This document shows positions 10,009 through 19,999 of a stretch of 20,000 bases of DNA, piece after piece. The stretch is taken from NCBI GenBank assembly GCA_018398765.1, contig JAHBMJ010000157.1, forward strand, positions 114,892 through 134,891, read 5' to 3'. Numbering within the stretch: position 1 is the stretch's first letter; each line of letters begins with the position of its first letter. This DNA is from Chromera velia. Lineage: Eukaryota. A model generated the notes under the pieces. It searched no databases, was not told the origin of the DNA, and saw nothing but the letters and a program-made list of their open reading frames with translations. The position numbers and the translations under genes were made by a program.

Positions 10009-10767
10009 TCAGGCTTCTGCGCCAGAGCGCCTCGAGTGGTGGTTGTCGGAGTGGAGATCGTGTCTCTTCGTCGGAGACGGTCATGGACTCTTGAGTCTCC
10101 GTTCACCTTCCTGCAGAACATGAAAGATGATGAACTCCGTGAAGTGTTCAGAAACGATTTCCTGATTGATTGGCACGCATGGCACCTTCAGGATCATGGA
10201 CGGTGAGTCACGCATATGTGTTGATGCTTAGATCAGAATGGGATCGAATGAGTGTGTGATGAGTGTGATGGGCGCGTGAGGGATCGTCGGCTTCGTCTGT
10301 TCCTTCATGTGATCGCATGTTCGGTGTCCAGGTCTCTCCATTCCGACTCCTTCGCACCAAGTGCAGAAGCGGTCAGAGGTTTTTGCGACCTGGCAGTTTC
10401 GTTCGAATGTGCCCTTGCACTTCGCCATCTCATCAGGGCAGTCTGTCGACTTGTGACCAATGCATCCACAAGATGCGCAGATGAGAGAGAGGTTCACCCC
10501 CCTGATGGCTAAAGCGTTTGAGGGGACCAGGCACGAGTCTCGCTTCTTTCTATCGGGAAGAATAAATCTCTCCCCCTTGAACACTCTCCGCAGTTGCTTC
10601 TTCATGTGATCAACGTTCTGGAAGAACACATCCGTCTCTGCCTGCAGGTTTTCGTCCTGAAGGAGAGGTCGAAGGCGGAGATCAGGAATCGGTCGAGTTG
10701 CTGCTTCTCTGGCTGCAAAGTTCTCCTCATCTAGGAGATCGTACAGCTCGTGACTGCCCTTGGGCTT
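10009..10767 (-). pseudogene. C-terminal extension of Pol with CCHC zinc knuckle(s)
   Basis: In frame with RNase H after LADPLTK. Contains CASCGCIGHKSTDC (10438-10479) and CTWC-x9-H-x4-H (10309-10365). The frame continues through stops at 10228 and 10081 to the TGA at 10009. Confidence 0.75.
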
Positions 10768-11430
10768 GGTCAGAGGGTCTGCCAATTATCGCTGCGTGGC
10801 AACGTGGCAGAAAGCCACGTACCGTTCCTGCGTCTCTTGTCTGAGTGACTGCAGGGCGACTGTGGGAACCTTGATGTTATTCTCCTCTCGCAGCTGGACG
10901 ATCTCTGGTCCCAGAGACTTCTGAGCAGGAGATGGATGTCTGTTCGCCATGAGAGAGCACAGGTCGTTTGAGTCCGACCAAATTGTGCGGGAGACCTGAA
11001 TCCACAGGCGCTCAAGGAACGGAAGAATCTCGGACAGGTGATCGAGTCCTTCCGCAGACCCGAGGGCTTCTGCGGCAGTTGTTGATCGTGCAATTCGGTG
11101 TGGCTTGACAGATTTCCACCCGAGGGGACACCCTCTGATGAGCAGCACCCAGCCGATCTGTGCCTCTGGATGTTCGGGCGTACCGAAGGAGGCATCTGTA
11201 TGGGTCTCGGCGTGTAGAGGAAGGGACCTTGGGCACTGAGGGATGACAAGACCCCTGTGTGCTGTTGCCTTTGTGAAGGCGGTCAGCCGCTTGAGAGCAT
11301 TGTGCGCTTTTTCTGTCGGAGCGGCGTTCCACTGTGAGCAGGTAGAGGTCCCCAGAGCAATGTCTGGTCTCGTGGCACCTGCCAGGTAGTTGAGTTGTCC
11401 CAATTCCTCCTGGTACTTCTTCAGTCGAGT
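10768..11430 (-). pseudogene. Copia RT thumb/connection region and RNase H
   Basis: YQEELGQLNYLAGATRPDI, HTDASFG, WKSVKPHRIARSTTAAEA, WSDS, HVATQR*LADPLTK (in-frame TAA at 10786-10788). Confidence 0.93.
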
Positions 11431-12310
11431 TTCGGGGAGCAGACGACTCTCGTCTGCACTTCGTTTGAGGCTCTCAGGCACCGGCAGGACGGGTGCAGAG
11501 ATGTTGTGGTCTGGGAGGCTCTGGACGTATCCCTCCTTGTTGCAGAAGGTGTACGGTTTCCCCTCGTGATCGTACTTCAACTCGTACTCGATTCCGACGA
11601 AGCAGAAGGGGTTTGTTCTCCTTACACTTGATCACCTCCTGAATTTCCTTCAGGTAGGGCTCTGCAGGCCCTGAGAGACTTGCGATGAGGAGATCGTCCA
11701 CGTAGACGGCCATGAGAGCCAGAGGAGTACCATCCTCTGAGAGCTTCCACCAAATGCCATGTAGGCCTGACAGCTCCCATCCGAGATGTGGGAGCTTCGT
11801 CTGAAGGTGCTTTTCGAAGCATAGAGGAGCCTCTCTGAGACCGTACATCGCCTTCAGGAGCCTCCAGAGCCATTGACCATAGTCGGGATGCTTGCGTGAA
11901 GGTCGAATGTATACTGGAGTGTCTCCGAGGAGGAGACTCTGCAGGAAGGCGTTGTCAACGTCCGTGCCTCGAATCCAGCTTTCTTCGAAGCCCTCTGTTG
12001 AGATCGATGCCATCAACATGAGGCGGATGTTCTCTGCGGGACACGTCTCTGTCGAGACTTCAAGCCCTTTGCGGGGATCCTTGTCTCCCCGAATGCACCA
12101 ACGGGACTTGAATTCTCGCTCCCCCTCATCGTTCAGCTTGAGGGTGTCGACCCACAGTGTCTGAAGGATGATCGCCTCTGCACTGTTCACTTCGTTGATA
12201 TTAGTCTTGTCGAAGACCTCGAAGTTGTCGAATTTGTTGAGCTCTTTTTGTCTTGCCTCTCTCACTCCTTTCCACCCTTCTTCGTTCAAGTCGTTGTACT
12301 TCACAGGCAT
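11431..12310 (-). pseudogene. Copia-type reverse transcriptase (RVT_2)
   Basis: ARQKEL, FKSRWCIRGD, DVDNAFLQ, LWRLLKAMYGLREAP, VYVDDLL (YVDD 11693-11704). Frameshift near 11605-11612 before FVGIEY. Confidence 0.95.
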
Positions 12311-13479
12311 GTGTGTGGCTCCTACTGCTGTCAGCAGGATTTCGGAGATCTCGTGTTCAGCCGGACATACCGCTGCGAGAGCACAGAAGAGGGAAACGTT
12401 GCTCGGCTCGGGAGCGAGCACAGACTGGTGATGGGAGCCAGATGAGTTGTCGAAAGAATTATGAGAGAGAATGTCGTCGGCGACTGAGGTGGAACGTGTG
12501 GAGGAAACCACCTTTGCGTCCTTGACGGTCAGATTGGGTTCAGCTTGAGGTCTGACCGTAGCCAGCTTTCAGTTGCCTGCAGCTGAGGCAGGTCTTTCAT
12601 TGTGTCTCTGTTTCCGATCGTCTTTGCAGGGCCTCTTCCAACCGCTCGATAGATTTCTCGTTGACTCTTTTGTGTGAGCCTTCGACGGCTGTCGAGGGTA
12701 AGTGAAGAGGCTCGAAGAGCGTGTGTAGGGAAGCGTTGAAGTTGTGGACTCTCTGACAGGTGTGGGCGCAGTGTGCATCTCACTGTCCCTTCTGGTCGAA
12801 GAAACTGTGGTGAGAAGACTCGGTTTCCCAGCTCTTTGTGTCCATATATTCCCCAGACATGCACGAGTCGGCTGTCTTGGCTCAGGTCGGCCATTGTCTC
12901 TCCGAGAACATAGCATTCCTTCTCCTCATCCAGCCACAGAGAGAATGAGTGTTTCTCTGGGCGAAAGAGATCGGGGGGAGAGGCTTCCGACCAGAAGCAA
13001 GTCGGAGTGTGCAACCGTGGCTGCTCCGGTTTTCGGTAGACTGTTGGGCCCTGCCTAGGGCCAGCTGAGAGGAGGAAGATATTCTCATCATCAAAGAAGT
13101 CTGGAGAGGGCCGATCGTCCGACTCCGTGTCAAGCACAGAGACAGGTGGATTTCCTTCAAAGGGCCCTGGTTGTTCATGTCTCGAATGACCCTGAGGTCG
13201 CTTTCCTTGGGGTCTGTCACTGCCCGTAGCCTTTTCTGACTCCCTCTCCACATCTCCTGCTTGTGCCTGACTGAAGTAAGAGGACCTGCCAAAGAGTTCT
13301 TCCAGGCATTGTTGCAGAGATTCGCCTCCTGTGTCGGACTCCCCCCCTTCTGTTCTGCGTGAGGACTGTGGGGGCCGTAGCGCTGTGTTGTCAACCACCA
13401 AGGGGGGCCTCCGAGTGATCAGAGGTTTTTCAGCGGGAGGTATCGGATTTGCTGGAACAGGGAGGAAACACGATGAGTG

Positions 13480-14420
13480 GGCCAGGTGTTGTTGGGATGA
13501 GAGCCGTTGCCCTGATTCTGAGATGGGAGTCACGTAGATGAGGAATTTCGAGTGAGGGACTATCTCAGACACCTCAAACAGTCGCCACTTGAGCTCGGGA
13601 CTTCTGAATCTCTTGCGAGGGTTCTTCCAGAAGACTCTGTCTCCGATTTGCAGGTCATACGGAGACACTGCTTTCGGTCCTTGACGCCTGAAGTCATCCA
13701 GCAGGCACTCAAGTGAGGCTGGAAGGAGACGATGGTGGGTGAGTCGCTCGTAAGCAGACTTCTTGTCATGACTCATCGAGGGCAGCATGTTCAGCAGCGA
13801 AGCACATCGTGCAATGACCTGACGCCATTCTTCAGGGGGAAGATCTGCATCAAGGAGAGCAGCATCTGTGAGTCGCTTGAACGGTGCGTGACGGCCTTCG
13901 ATCAAGCCGTGGCTTTGCGGCTGTCCTGTGGGAGTGAAGACCTGACGTACACATCCGAGTTCCTTCAGTTTTGCGCTGAAGGTCTTCTTAAATTCAGACC
14001 CATGGTCTGTCTTGATGTATCCTCGGAAGGAGAGAGGCACTCCAAACGTCTTGATCCACGTGTCGTTGAACGCATTCCAGGCGGACTCAGATGAGCCATC
14101 AGGCAGCTCTGCCCAGAGGAACCAGCTGGTCGCCTCACACATCATGGTCAGTATCCAGGTTCCAACAAGATAGATGCAGTCGACTCCCACTGACTGAAAA
14201 GGTTTCTCTGAGCGCATGTGCTTGCCTCTCTGCCCTCTTTTGCGGGGAGCCAGTCCGTGGACCTCAATACACGTTCTGCATTCTGCCCGCACTTTCAGAC
14301 ACAGTGCGCGAAGTCGTGGAGATCGGATGTATGGAGAGACCAGAGTGTGCAGTGCCTTTCCCCCAAAGTGCCCGATTTCTCCATGCAGGTACTGGAGAAA
14401 TTCCCAGGTAAATTCGTCTG
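13480..14420 (-). CDS. Retrotransposon integrase (HHCC + DD35E + C-terminal beta domain) within the 1064-aa ORF 12529..15723
   Basis: H-x4-H-x29-C-x2-C (14269-14385); D in VGVDC (14179), D in KTDHGSEF (14005) and E in GLIEGR (13897), giving D-x35-E; LQIGDRVFW..KWRLFEV C-terminal segment. Confidence 0.93.
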
Positions 14421-15749
14421 AGACCTGACGGGGAAGAGGAAGTTGAACTCCTGCTGGAGGAAGCTCAAAGAAGGAGTCCTCACTCCCGAAAGATTCGAGT
14501 TCGTCCTCCACTCCAGGAATGAGAGGATCGTGCATGTACTGCATCTCTTGGATCTCGGTGGTGTTCAGGTCAGTCGAAGGTCCGGCTGCGGACTGCCTCT
14601 CTTGCGGTTGTTTACGAGAGCTTGCATGGCTGTGTGTGATTCGTGAACCCTGCCTGTTCACTTCTTCCGCTCTCTGTTTGACATGGAAAAGATCTCTCGC
14701 CCCCGTGGAGAGTCCTGCTACAGTTTGCCCCAGTGTTTCCACGAGTCCATCCAGGCATCCTGCAGTCAGGTGAGAGCTCTCTGTGTTCGACTCCATGGAG
14801 ACAGAGCTCATAGTGGACATCAGACAGCAGTGTCTGGGAGTCGAAAGATCCTCCATGCATCCTTGTAGGAGTGCGCACACCGCACCATCCATGTCCGTAG
14901 CCTTCTGCTCTGCAAACTCTTCGCTCCCCCCTACGAGGTGCAGGACGGTGTGAGAGTCGTTGTCCGATATGGAGTCGGAAGGATCGGCGTCGTGAGCGGA
15001 GAGGTCAGTCTCAATGTTGTATGCCGTTGTTGGTGATGGTCGAGTGTCATGGCCGATGCCCTCGACAGTCTCGGTGTTCGTTCGTTGCTGTTCTCTCTCC
15101 TGCTGGAGTTTGTTGAACACCAGCTGTTGTACATGTCGGGAGGAGAAAGACCAGCGAGACTCCAGGAGTGTGGCCACCCGAGAGTCCGTGAAATTGCCTT
15201 TGACGTCCCCAGCTCTCATGTGCTGATCTTCTGTGCGTCTCTCAGACTTCAGTTTGATGCCCGTGGCATTTGAGAGATCATTGCAAGTAGACGCGTGCAT
15301 GCACACCTCACCTTCTTGTGTCTGTTTCAATGCAGCAAGAGCAGAGACTTTGTTTTGCCCGTGGGCATCGAGAAGCAGTTCAAACGATCTGTCAAAAATA
15401 TTCAGTCGGGGGGGCGGAAGAGGAGATGGGTCTGTCTTCATTGTGGACCTCGTGAGTCCCTCACTTCTCTTCTGACCTTTGCTCTTTTTGGGGGGCATCG
15501 TGTGCCCTTCGGTACCTCTTGACGCACTCACTCTCTCCATCTGGTGCCCTCTGTGGCTTTTGTGTTGTGCTGGAGAGAGTTTCGTGTCTGAGGTCACTGA
15601 GACGAGCTGGTCGACTGCCCCTGCTTTCCCCCTACCTCCTCGGTGTTGACCGTGCTCCGGGGCTCGGGAGCCGTCCGAGAGGAGGGGTGGGGAAAAAGCG
15701 AGTGCGTAGGGGTGGAGGCACACAGAGGCAGCGCTCTCAGCTCAGAAAA

Positions 15750-16250
15750 GATGAGTGGGATATCTTTCGAGATTTCCCAGTTGCTGGTTGCCTCCTTGCC
15801 TGTCTTGGCATCAGTGAAGTGCATGTACACGGTGGCAGACTTCTCCCCCCTCATGCGCGCCTTCTGGGCTGCTCTGGAGTCCTTGACAATTCCCCATGTC
15901 CATTCGGCTGCTGATCCCATTAGGATCGGAACCGCTTTCGCGCACTGTGTACGTGCTATCGTGATGACGGCTTCCAGGATGATGTCTCCAGGTATTTCGA
16001 GGTGCATCTTGCCCTGTCCATATGTCTGAAACGTCCCTCCTCCTGCGAACACCTTGGTGTGAAGGGGTTGGTATGAACCGACGAGTTGGGGGTTGCCTCG
16101 GGGTATTTTTGCAGCTCTGTCGAGCCACCCCAGCTCCTGTGCGTACTTGATATCGATGAGGAACATGTATGTGCATCCAGTGTCGTATGCCACGTTGGAA
16201 ATGGGGCTCTCGAACTTGGTGTCGAGAGGTCGGAGATGCGACAGATCATG
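15750..16250 (-). CDS. Retropepsin-type aspartic protease
   Basis: VAYDTGC catalytic motif (16173-16184), VFAGGG flap-like segment and VPILMG C-terminal motif. Confidence 0.85.
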
Positions 16251-16364
16251 TGACCGTTTGTTGAGCTCGCTCAGGATGTGCAGGTCGATGTTCCCTATCC
16301 CTGCGTGACTTTGGTCGTTCTGCCCTCCTGCCGACGATCCCTGCCCTGTGTGTCTGATGGCTTG

Positions 16365-18086
16365 CTATGTGTTTGTGTGTGTTTGCAGTTGAGTGCGTGA
16401 CTCATGTACACCGCCTTTCTGTTCATGCACATAGCTGACAGACTGAGGTAAAGTGGAAGCAGAAGGAGAGGAAGGCACGGAGCAGGGGGAGCAAGGAGTT
16501 GATGAAGCGAGCGACACTGTGGACCGTAGTCTGGTCGAACAAAGGGGAACAGATTGAGAGACAGGTGGGGAAGATGTGTTCTGACCATATTGAGATCCGT
16601 CCTCCCAGTGGTTTCCTTCAGGGATTGTTCCGCCAGTCTCGTGGTTGGGGTGAGCGCCAGTGCTCGCCGAGTTGGAGGCCGTGGCCCCTGAAGCCATGGC
16701 AGGGAGGAAGACAGGCTCCCCTGGGGACGGCTGAAGGTGGACCCTCCCCAGCTTGGGGTTCTCCAGAAGGCTCCTCATGGCTCTCTCCTTGGCGGAGGGG
16801 GTGGAGGGAGTGAGCATATCCCCAACTGGGGGGAGCTCCTGGTGCCTGTTGAGGTGTGAGCAAGGCCCTCTTTGATGATCGCATGAGGTGAGGGTGTAGT
16901 CTAGCGCACACTTGCTCGCGGACTGGTGTTTCAACCCTTCCAAGTTCAGGAAGTAGAGGCATACGGTGCACCTGTTACGTCGGATGAGGCAGTGGCCGAT
17001 CGAGTGCTTCGTGTGAGGCCCCACCTTCAGGCCAATGCCAATGCAGAACATGCAGTCACTCATTTCGAGTGCTTTTTCGTTCGGGCACGGGCACCCCTGG
17101 ACGTCGGAGTACTCCAGGATGATGGAGAGGATGGGCTCTGAGACGAGCTGCTTCTTGGTGAGGAAGCCAGCCTCCACGTCGTTGGCGTTGATCCTTCCTG
17201 TCACTCTTCTCTCTCTGATTGCCGTGGCGATATTATTGAGGAAGATGGGCCAGGTGATCTGTCTCATTTGCTCGACCGACACTTGTTCGACACCATGAAC
17301 TCGTACAGGCACACACCTTTCAAACTTGTAGGTCTGGAAAACGGTCATCAGCATGTTCGGTTCTTGAGTGACGGAACAGGGAGGCCAGATGGCCAGCCTC
17401 TCTGCGGGGGTGTACCTGTCCCATTCCTCTAGCCAGTACTTGGCAAATTCGTCCGAGTACCACGAGAGCGGTCCGGTGAAGTTGGGGGTGATGGCAGATT
17501 CAGGGATATGATCGTCGATTGCTGGGCCTGCATTGAGGAAACGAATCAGTCTCTGGAACAGAGGCTGTGCCTTTTCGTCCCTCAGATCGGGGAGTTCGTT
17601 GATTGAGTGGAGGATGGAGGGGGTGTCGTTTCTCTCTTGCTCGGTCAGTTTGGTCATGAAGATGCTTCGGGCTTTGTGCCCGACCACTCCGATGGGTGCA
17701 GAGCCACCCTCTCTCTGGATGACCCACGTGTCTGTGTCTGCCCCCTCGTCTTTCATGGGACTCTCGATGAAAGGCTTTGCTGGGAAATGCTTGTACCCGG
17801 CTGTTCTGAGAGCCTTGGTTTGTTCTCTCGGGTCTGTGATGTTGAGAATGCTGTCGGGGACAGGCCCTAAACCCCGGGGAGGGGGGGGCCGTTGCGGGGG
17901 GCTTGAGTTGGACTCCTCAGGTGTTACAGACCACCTGGGCATCCCTCCTGTGCCCACAGTGACAAGGACAAGTGGCTCGAGCCTTTTTGCCCACCTTGTT
18001 TGCACGGCAGGCATGCTGTAGACCTGCCGGGTTTTTGCAGACCCTTCTGGGAGAGTGTAGGGGGTTGCGGGGACACTGCGGTCCTA
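16365..18086 (-). CDS. Gag-like region with atypical Cys/His clusters (549-aa ORF plus in-frame upstream segment)
   Basis: Lies directly upstream of and in frame with the protease, separated by one TAG at 16365. Contains CMFC-x12-H-x4-C and CTVC-x10-H-x5-C. No recognisable capsid motif; assigned by position. Confidence 0.6.
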
Positions 18087-19999
18087 ATGGCACTTGGCTG
18101 AGCCTTGTGGGTGGATCTGGAGGAGAACCCGTGGGGTAGGGTTTCTTCCTCTATTTGGTCCCCCTCCGGGACCCCGGTGCACTGTGCCTCTCTCCATCCT
18201 CCTTCGATCTTGCTCCCTTTGCTGGTTGACTCTTTGATCCCTGGATCTGAGTTTGGCCCGGGGCCTACGTGTTTGGCATTCTTCACACGCACTGCACGCT
18301 CTGCCGTGTTCACAGTAGTCATGATCTTCCTCTCCGTCTTCACCTACTCCCCCGCCGCGGGAGGTGACTGGGTCTCGACACTCCCTGCATTCGTCCCTTC
18401 TCAGGTTGTGCTTGCACATTCGAAGGGGTCGGGGGATAGGTCTGCACTCAGGGCACTTTTCCCATTTCTACCCGTGGGTGCACTTTGTGAGGTCCTTGGA
18501 GGTTTGGGCAGCAGAGTAGCGTGCGGCCTCCTTCCCTCCGCAGTTTCCGCATTCTTTGCACAGGGCTTGTTTGTGACCATGATCACAGAGCCTCGAGTGC
18601 CTGGGGACGCGAGGGAGGGGGGACGGAGAAGAGCTCTCTGATGAGCTGTCACTGCTGTCCCCGTAGGAACTTTCATTCGAGGTCGTCTCATGTCTGCGTC
18701 TCTCTCTGTCAGTTCGCTTGTGTCTCCCTTGGGAGCGCTCTGAGAGTCGTCGCTCCGTTTCCTTCTCTCTGAAGGAACGATGGTTGGACTTTTTCTTTCC
18801 GGAGGACCCTTTGGTGCTTTCTGGACTTTGTTTTTGCCTCTTTTCTTTGTCTGGTCTCGTGAGGGAGAGACGAACGATCGACTGCTGTTGCTGCTGCTGC
18901 TGCTGCTGCTGTGGCTGCTGCTGCTGTGGCTGCTGCTGCGGCTGTTTGACCCCCTTCGTGTGCGCCTGTTCTCTCTCTCCCTGACCGGGGATCTCCCTCT
19001 TCTTCTTCTTTGTGCTGCCCTTTGGTCTGTCTCTGATTCTTCGTCTGACATGTCAGACGTTCTGGGCGGGGATACTGATCGATCCCTTTTTGCCTCATGC
19101 TCTCCTTCTACATGCAGGAGCTGCACCTGTGTGGCGACGTCCTCGACATCTACTTCCCCCCCTTCGAGGGATGCACGGGACTCCGAGTCTGTTTCATCGG
19201 CTATCCCTTCTGCACGGAGCGGGCCCGTAGGCTCCGGGAGGGGAGAGTGGGTAGCTGGAACTGACACAGTGCCTGCAGATTTCTCTGCTGCCTCTGTGTC
19301 TGGTAGGGTCACCTGAAACTGCTCGAGCGCATCGAGAATTGAGTTTGGGAAGACTTCCGCAGCAAATCGCCCTCTACCACTGTTCGAGGTATCGACTCCC
19401 TGTGGATTCGACTCATTTTCCTCTCTGCCCTCGTTCTCCTTTTCAGACTCGGACTGCAAGACTGTGTTGATTCTGAGACCTCTGGCTGCTTCTCTCTGAA
19501 TCCTTTGGTTTTGACCGCTGTAGCAGAGGTGTCTGCCTCCACTGCAGAGGGCCTGGTTGCCTCCTTGAAGGCGAGAGGGTTGAGGTGCTGCGGATGGCTG
19601 AGCACCCGAATCGGTTGTGACAGTCTCATATGTCTCGACTGAGTCTCGGAGGTCGAGGTTGCCTTCTTGAAGGCTTTTCAGAGTTGGCTTGACTAGCGGG
19701 AAGTCTGCCTGATCTCTTTTCTCTGCCTTCTTCTTTTCTTTTTTTGCCCTCCTCTTTGCATTCCTCCCCCTTCCGAATGGCTTTGCAGGGGGAGATCTTT
19801 CTCTGTCTACTTTCCTCGTTCTCTTCCTCTTTGACAGGGCGTCGGAGTCCGATTCGACATCCGCATCCGAAGATCTCCCCTCAAAGTCTGTCTCTTCGAG
19901 GGTCGGCTTGATCTTGGATGTGAGGGTGTCGGATGCTGTCCCCGCGCTGGTGAGAGGGGCCAGTGGCCTGCGCTCTTCTTCTGACCCACTGTCGATCAG
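18087..19999 (-). pseudogene. N-terminal low-complexity (acidic, R/S-rich) polyprotein region with four CxH(G/N)x5CxxC repeats
   Basis: The frame of ORF 18401..19459 is open up to 19999 (LIDSGSEEERRP...). It shifts at ~18700-18900 into the gag frame, which encodes CDHGHKQALCKEC, CTHG*KWEKCPEC, CKHNLRRDECREC and CEHGRACSACEEC. Confidence 0.7.
18882..18945 (-). repeat. (CAG/AGC)n trinucleotide repeat, poly-Ser in the element ORF
   Basis: CTGCTG... run on the + strand; SSSHSSSSHSSSSSSSNSS in the open frame. Confidence 0.88.

Noticed and set aside
10013..10202. Apparent + strand host exon (TTTCAG acceptor, GTGAGT donor)
   Set aside because: Better explained as the antisense of the Copia Pol tail. 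The pyrimidine tract is the PPT complement and the - frame runs to 10009. An antisense exon is not fully excluded.
10219..10224. TGTTGA as a canonical LTR end (..TCAACA on the - strand)
   Set aside because: It lies inside the continuing Pol frame and upstream of the PPT, leaving no room for an LTR.
10252..19316. Plus-strand ORFs overlapping the Copia element
   Set aside because: Antisense shadows of a GC-rich coding strand, with no domain motifs.
1063..19999. Alternative genetic code (TAA/TAG = Gln) explaining the in-frame stops
   Set aside because: Stops are rare relative to CAA/CAG, one replaces a conserved Trp and another a Glu in a PE repeat, and frameshifts co-occur. This indicates decay.
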